Below, piece by piece: positions 56,536 to 64,000 of a stretch of DNA of 64,000 nucleotides (position 1 is the first letter of the stretch; each line of letters opens with the position of its first letter). Source of the stretch: Octopus vulgaris (Eukaryota); NCBI GenBank assembly GCA_951406725.2, contig OX597819.1, positions 86,056,001-86,120,000 on the forward strand, written 5' to 3'. The translations under genes and the position numbers were made by a program. The notes under the pieces are model-generated. The model made no database searches, was not told the origin of the DNA, and saw only the letters and a list, made by a program, of their open reading frames with translations.

Positions 56536-56859
56536 ACAATTAGGTATTATACACACCCATGCATACATACACACACACATGCATACATACATACATACAT
56601 ACATACATACATACATACATACATACACGTATATTGGGTGGCGCAAACTGCATAATTTTTTATAATACAAAAGTAAATAGATTTTATCCTGCATATATAC
56701 TGACTTTGGGTAATTAACTAAACTATTTAAAATGAACATCTGAGATAAATACCTGTACATAAAAAGTTCATTATGCAAATATTCAACTTAGAGTTGTTAC
56801 TTAAAATATGAATACAATATATTACTAAGATTTGTAATAAGTTCAAGATATTCAATGAT

Positions 56860-58790
56860 TTTCTGAGTTAGAAGCAGCTCTGTAATATAAACAATAGCGA
56901 TGTCACATGTTTGTGTGTTCTCAAACGCCTTTTTCTTGCCGTATTTCATCCAGGGAAAGCGCATTTAACAACGTATTGTATGAAAATAAAACCGATATAT
57001 TTCAAAGCTAGGCGAGATGTATCATCTCAGATGTGAAAGACAAATTTCGATATTTCACTGTTATTACAATTCGTTGGTGCTACATACTCGATTCGCCCTC
57101 CAGGGGAATTCAAATCGTCGGCCCGAAGTATAATCAGATAACAGAACAACTACCTGTTGTGTAACAGCACCGCACAAGTAAAACAGAATTTAAGCTTTGA
57201 GCTACAAGCAGCTTTATAATGTAAACATTATCGATGTCACATAATGTGTATTGTTAAAAGCTTTTAAAATTTATCTTAAGGGCGAATCGAGCGTACGGCA
57301 CGCATGAGGTGAAATAACAGCGAGATATCGTTATCTGTTGTCGTACACATCTGGGGGATTCGCGTGTGTGACTTTGAAGTGTACTGTGTTTTGCAAGACA
57401 CTATGTCTTTAAAGGTCTGAAATACCACAGTTAGCAAGCGTTTAACAACACACATATACACTTGTTGTACTTCTGCCTTGTTAGGCATTATCACTGATGT
57501 GTACTCACTGTCGTGTATGCTTAGACAAAATCCGTCTCTACACATATACAGTAAAAAAAATACAGTGAAAGCAGTCATTGATGTTGCAGGTAGCCGTCCG
57601 GCTAAGTAAGTGTACATTATATACATCAACAACAGCATTAGATTAAAATAGCTATTTATGTATCATACTTAATGTAAATACATCGCGATTGGCAAAATTA
57701 GTGTGATTTCGTCCGGAGTTAATATCGTTTAGAATCAGCTTTAATAATGTAAACATTATCGATGTGTTGCAAAACGACCATTGGATTCATCTCGAGGGCG
57801 AATCGAACGTTCGGCACCGATGAATTGAAATAACAGCAAGGTATCAATATTTGTTGTTCTCATTTACATCTGGAGGTGGGGGAGAGGATCCGTTTACTTG
57901 ATTTTTACTCGTACTGTCATTTTCAACACACTACGTATTTAAAGCGATGAAATACAGCAATCCAAAAGCGTTTAACAACGCATATGCATTATATGCATTA
58001 TGTGAAATCGAAAATATTTATAAAATAAAATCTGCCACTGACTCAAAATCTAAATTTTGTTTCACTTGTGAGGTGCTGCTACACATCAGTGGATAGTGTT
58101 TACGTTATCTGTATATATTTTGAATTCGTCTCGAGGGAAAATTCAGCATGCGGCAGCGATGATCTGAAATAGCATACAAATATTGATATCTGTCGTTCAC
58201 GCTCACCTCCGAAGTGATTCGTTTCACCTGGGTTTGAAATATACGTCGTTTTTCAATACACTACTCATTCAACGTACTTTCCCTAGACGAAATACAGTAA
58301 CGAAAAACAGCAACGAAAAACAGCGTTTAACACATATACGTTAAGTATGTGTCATCGGTGATAAATACCTCTCTATGGCCATTTAGGTATCATACTTAAT
58401 GTGAATGCGTCGCGGTGGGGAAAATTTCGATATGTATGTACGTATGCACGTATGTACGCACACACACACACACTCTCACACATACACACACACGCACTCA
58501 CACTCTCACACATACACACACACACACACACACATGTGAGTGTGTGTGTCAGGAGATATGACTCGTAACAGCAGCGATGAATGAAAACGCTTGTTGTATT
58601 TCTGCCTTGTTGGACATTATCGGCAAAATGTATTCACTGGCAAATATGCTTAGACAAAATCCGTCTCCTCACTAAAACAGAATATACTCAACAAAATCAG
58701 CATTAGATTAAAACAGATATTTATGTTTCATACACCATGATAGGCAAACTTTAGTGTGATATTCATTCCAAAATAATATCGTTTAAGCTA
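56860..58790. repeat. Degenerate complex tandem repeat (modules of about 350-520 bp)
   Basis: AGGGCGAATCGA...GAAATAACAGC recurs at about 57279, 57796 and 58134; TATGCTTAGACAAAATCCGTCTC at about 57516 and 58645; ATAATGTAAACATTATCGATGT at about 57217 and 57744. Confidence 0.75.
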
Positions 58791-60993
58791 TCGCGATATA
58801 TTTACATTAAGAACGATACGTAGATAACTATTTTAATCTGATATTGATTCTGTTTCATATAATGGGTAAATACTCTTAAATAATTATGAGTATTATCATT
58901 TCTATATTGGTTTCGAGTAGTCTTAAGACTGAAATAGAAAATGTCACATAAACAGAGGCTATCAGTTATCTTTACGATTCAAAATCTGCAATTTTAATAA
59001 ACAGTGATAACAGAAATTATTCGAAGAATTAGTGAAAATGAGCTAATAATCATAGATAAACTGTTGATAAATTTAGGTCTTGAGTCAATAAATAAAGTAC
59101 CAGTTGATCAACAGACCCCCTTCCCCAACATTTCGGGCCTTGTGCCTAGAGTAGAAAAGAATAATACTTGTATGATGGGTTACACACATACATACATGTG
59201 TGATGCCTGTGTGTATGTACATATAAACTACAGTATTAGATTCGGTTCATTTTTTTGCTAAAACGCAAGTACCTGTATTCAGTTTCGAATATCATAACGT
59301 CGTGAACACCACACTGGCGGTTGCACGAGCGCGAAAGCTACGTTGTTATCCTCATTCCGTAAAAGGTGGCTTTTAACGGGTGGAAAGCTGAACCATCCTG
59401 GGGTACAGAGGATTTGTAATCCAGACTAGTGTCTGAAAGTTTACCACACCATAGTGGGTTACACCATGGTTTCTCTGCTTTGTGGCAGAAGTAGGAAGAA
59501 AGTGAGAGAAAGTTGTGGTGAAAGAGTACAGAGAGGTTCACCCCCACCGACGGAGCCTCGTGGAGCTTAGGTGTTTTTGCTCAATAAACACTCCCAATGC
59601 CCGATCTGGGAATCGAAACCCCGTTCTTACGACCGCGAGTCCGCTGCCTTAACTACTGGGCCATTACGCCTCCACTCCAGCTGTTGTCTCTGCCTAGCAC
59701 GTACACTTTGATGTATCCCGTTCATTTGGGTATCATTTAACCCTCTATGAATTTTTGTTTTTGCATATCTTTTTGATATTAGATGTAAACGCCTGAAGTT
59801 TTGTGGGAGGGGACTGATCGATTACATTGATACCGTGCTCGACAGGTAGTTATATTATCGACACCGAAAGGATGAAAGGCAAACTTAGCATTGGTGGAAT
59901 TTGAACTCAGAACTAAGTCCGGAAGAATAACCGCCAAGCATTTTGTCCGGCGTGCTAACGATGCTGCTAAGCATTTTCTATTAGATAATATAAGATGAAT
60001 CTACAAATACAGACAGTCGTGATCTATTAAACCGAATATGATAAATATTTCCTGCAGACCAATGATGGGATATATTACAATGTCGAAGCAGATTGGCATG
60101 ATTTCAATTCGGTCATTCACGAATGAAATTAATTACTGTTCAACGCATCATCATCTGTACCACTCTACAGAGGCTGATAATAATATCACAATAAATTGCA
60201 TTAAGATAATAGTAAACAATAATAGTTTCGAATTTTGGTGCAAGGTCATTAATTTTAGGCAGTGTGAATTAGTTGTGTGATTGTATATTTTATCATCAAA
60301 ATTAAAGTTTGAATGTCTTCGAAACATCTAAGGAATGGAGTTAAACAAAGTTTCATACTATGTATATTTGAGAAAATGAATAAAGTTTGTTGATTAGTTA
60401 TCGTTCTCCGTATTCTCGTAACTCTTGCAAGAGACAGATCAATTCTATAAATGTTTCCCCAACGCGGCGTAGTAAGTTAGTTGCTTGTAGTTTGGATTGT
60501 AAAATAAAATCAGAACTGAAATAAATATAAATAACAGAAAGCCTTACTGTGGGTGTAATGAGAATGTGAATACAATCTTTCTATGCTATTGATTTGAAAA
60601 TGTCTAGTTGTCATAATTATAAGAACTTCAGACGCAATTGCCATGGTATCATTTATTTCGATTCTTTATGTTCTGAGCTCAGTTTTCTCTTGGATCAACG
60701 TTTTATCTAGCCAAGGCCAATAAATTAAAGTACCACCCAGTCACTGGGACTGATTCTGTTAATTGATCACTTCTCAAAAGTGCTTAGTTTGGCGTATAAA
60801 AAGTTTTAGGCGTGGTTAATTTTGGAAAACACTGACTCGAATGGAAAAATGTGTCGCTCAAGAACTTCAGTTTGAATAATTTTCATGATGTTTCATATTT
60901 ATATGCTTTTATTAAATTCATTCAGTTGTTAAACATAAATAAATCTTGGAATTAAACGGTTTTGATTTACTGTCGAGTGACTTTTGGCCAACC

Positions 60994-61038
<45 letters not shown>

Positions 61039-61229
61039 AGTGTGTGTATGGTAACAAGAGTGTGCGTGTGTGTACGTATTATATAAGTATGCAGTATATA
61101 TGTATGTGTATATATGTATTTCTGTAAACATATATGTGCATGTATACATTACCATCTGTTTTCCTTAATTAATTAATGCTTAGTTAACAATGAAATATTT
61201 GGGCATAGCATGCCTTATCCAAATATTTG

Positions 61230-62200
61230 AGAACCATCATCAATTATCGAATTTTCAAGAAGACAAGAATACGTTCACTTACAGAAGTGAGTAGAATACT
61301 TTACAAATTGAATAAGAACAGCGTAAAGATAATCCACCGTCTTTTGAATGATTGTGAGGGTGAGTTGGAGAAATTGCCTGCTGGATCAGTATTAGAGGTA
61401 CGCAGAAAATATGTAGATTCCGAAGCAAGGAGAGACAAAGATCACCTGTCAGTTTAGTATATTTTCTCTCATCACTGCCAAGAGCAAAATATTTTTGCAG
61501 CATTGTTGCTCGGCAGTACATCGATATTTCGGTTCAGAAACGATATAACCCAAAAGTATCTGGAGCACTTGCATACATCTATCACTTTGATCAGAGAGAT
61601 CCGAGATACTAAAGGAGACCTAGCAGTGTTGAGGATAAATCTTGCGAACATCTACAATTGGTTGAAGGATCTCTGAACAAGCACCATGTCCCAAGAACAT
61701 TCAAATATCTTATTCTGGACTATTACAGAGGATTCGGTCTGAGAATCTCAGCTGCTTGCACAACATCAGAATGGCACAAGTTCGAGAAGGGCAATATCAT
61801 TGGTTGTAACACTTCAGTGAACTTCTGTTTCGCGCTTGCTAGTAGAGTTAATGGACGTGCAGTGTAGACGGCTGCTCAATATGTCTGGAATTCGGCAGCT
61901 CCTTACTAGGGCCTTTACAGATGACCTGCGACAATAACATCAGTCATGAGGAGCAAGAGGAGCGTAAAGAAGCTCGAGGTGGTAAGTACAATCCATCACC
62001 GAGAAACCAATGACGGTCTTGAGAAAGGTGTATAGTATAACAGCAGCCTGAGAGGGACATCATCCACCCATGAACCCCATAAAAACTTGAGGGCCTGGCT
62101 ATACAGAGTGAACGGTAAAATCTTCCTGGGAAGTTTAAGGTCCGGATTTAAATCATGGCACCCTCCCATGGATCATTTTGCATGTGAGATTCCGAATCTA
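61230..62200 (+). mobile_element. Degenerate Hero/R2-superfamily retrotransposon RT remnant
   Basis: IDISVQK, KGDLAVL..NLAN, WHKFEKG.IIGC..SV, GIRQLLTRAFTDDL and LPGKFK. Confidence 0.7.
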
Positions 62201-63396
62201 CAGCGAAAATCTTTCAGAGGTGAATCAGTGGAGTCGTGAAGAAACTTCGTAATTACAGTTCAGCGATATGTATGCGATTTGATGAGTTTCTTGTAAAATC
62301 TCACACGAAACCTTAGTTTTCGTGTAGTATTAAACATTGAACTACTTATTAACTGTTTTGAGTATTAATAAATACATATTACTGGAAACAGTTCCAGAAA
62401 AATAAATAAATAAATAAATACAATGACTGTTATACTTGTTTGGCAAAGGACTTGATTTATAAATGGTTTCTGAAACCACTAATAACAGTTCAATGCATAA
62501 CTAACAATACACCAGTTTGCGGCACTATTCATAGCATCCATTGTGAAAAATATAAAAAACAAAAATACACTAGCAATAATGAAAAACCAGAAAAGCATAT
62601 TTCTCAGATATTTAAGAGAAAAATAAATGAATTAACTGGTTAATTAATTACACCCTACTAACTTATTTACTACTAAATACATTTAAAGTCTACTTCAAAC
62701 GCATTTTAAACCATTAACAGACTACAACGTGAAGTTAATGTTATGTTAATACTCGTTTTTCATTTCCACCAAGATAGTGAAACATGCTAACGTTTGCAAC
62801 AAAATCAGTAAAAAGCTTGATTCATTTTCTTATCAAAGATCATTCGTACAAACCGAAACTTTCACAAAGTAATAAATATAGAAATGACTATATTATCTTG
62901 TGCGTTAGCACGTGAAATAAATCGAGGTCTTGTAGGTCATCGACTGCGTTATGTCATCTGACTCCATTTCATACACTCACTATCTGCATCATTAAAAACA
63001 AACCCATATCCAGCTGATTCCTCCGTCGTTCAATATATTCAGTCAGCAATGGATTACGATAACCACCAACACAAATTCAATAACAGAGAATAAAAAGCAA
63101 ATCCCACGCTGAAAACAAAAAGGAAGAAAATTTAATATAAATGCCAGTTGCACAACAAGGCTGTTTCCAGATGTTGATGTAATAAAACTATAAGCACTAT
63201 TTCTTTCTTTTTCATCCTACACTATACCGGAGAATTTTTTGTATAGGTAGCCTTTCTTGAGAAGCGAGCTGCATAAGATGTGACTCATCATCAGGCGGGC
63301 CGCACTACTAAAAATTCAAGGCGTACCATTTAGATAGTCCCAGGGGCCGCAGTTTGCCCTTGACTGCGGTTCACTTACGACCGACATCTGTTCATA

Positions 63397-63617
63397 TGAG
63401 GGAGTGCTAAAAAGGTCCCGGCTTTAAGGGTATTGTGAAAGGCCTAGTTGGAGGCCCAACCTACTGAGTTCTTTTACAGGTCTTAGAAAAACTGAAGGGC
63501 CACTGTAATAAGTGTGTGAATCTGAGAGGAGAACATGTTGAATAAAAACATAAGTAACTAATCCTCCTGTATATTCTTTTTACTCAAAGCCAGAAACTTT
63601 TCAACACCCCACCCTCG
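63397..63617. mobile_element. Mariner-type MITE
   Basis: Imperfect TIRs of about 28 bp (TGAGGGAGTGCTAAAAAGGTCCCGGCTTT / CGAGGGTGGGGTGTTGAAAAGTTTCTGGCTTT) flanked by TA. Confidence 0.7.
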
Positions 63618-63826
63618 TATAACATTATTAGAAAACTAACATTATCAACAGCATTTAATCCCAAATATAAAACCTTTGGCCCAGATTTTAAATATATTTG
63701 CACATAATTCAACAAGTGTAATTTCTTCAGTCCAAAACTGTTCTGCCAGAACTAATTTGAACGAATAATGTATTTGTGAATTATAAATATGTATTATACA
63801 TGAATATAAATTATAAAAATACTTAC

Positions 63827-64000
63827 GATCACTTCCTGTTTTACCCAAATACTTCTCGCTCAGATCACTAAGTCCTGCTGTATTGAACACTTGCACTGTC
63901 ATCCAATAGTAACCATTTGGCTTTAAACCAATAATCATCGCAGAAGACATTTGACCAAAGAATGACTGGAAGTAGGTCGGTGCGTTTTCTATATCTCTGT
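63827..64000 (-). CDS. CNTN: Contactin-like gene, FN3 exon (probably cut by the window edge)
   Basis: Reads RDIENAPTYFQSFFGQMSSAMIIGLKPNGYYWMTVQVFNTAGLSDLSEKYLGKTGSD, with the FN3 'L.P...Y...V..FN.AG' motif. Phase-1 donor C|GTAAGT at 63826-63821. Confidence 0.88.

Overview
AT-rich, repeat-dense animal genomic DNA. The SINE, LINE and microsatellite content points to an octopod cephalopod (inference). The only well-supported host gene is the 3' end of a contactin-like Ig/FN3 adhesion gene on the minus strand. It has three phase-compatible FN3 exons (63827-64000, 48596-48711, 38337-38511), followed by TWO intact tandem-duplicated terminal exons (33473-33603 and 28223-28353), each encoding a different GPI-anchor-type signal peptide. 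The rest is (TA)n-type microsatellites, tRNA-derived SINEs, LINE remnants (CR1, RTE, R4/Dong, Hero, L1-like ORF1), DD37D-type Tc1/mariner remnants and Penelope-derived sequence. The most striking non-genic feature is a young, nearly identical 492/493-bp tandem-plus-inverted array at 22643-24472. Every unit carries a complete type I hammerhead ribozyme motif, a retrozyme-like arrangement that could release about 492-nt monomer or circular RNAs. Several unrelated hammerhead motifs occur elsewhere, two of them in the sense orientation inside a contactin intron. All family assignments come from motif recognition by eye, not database searches.
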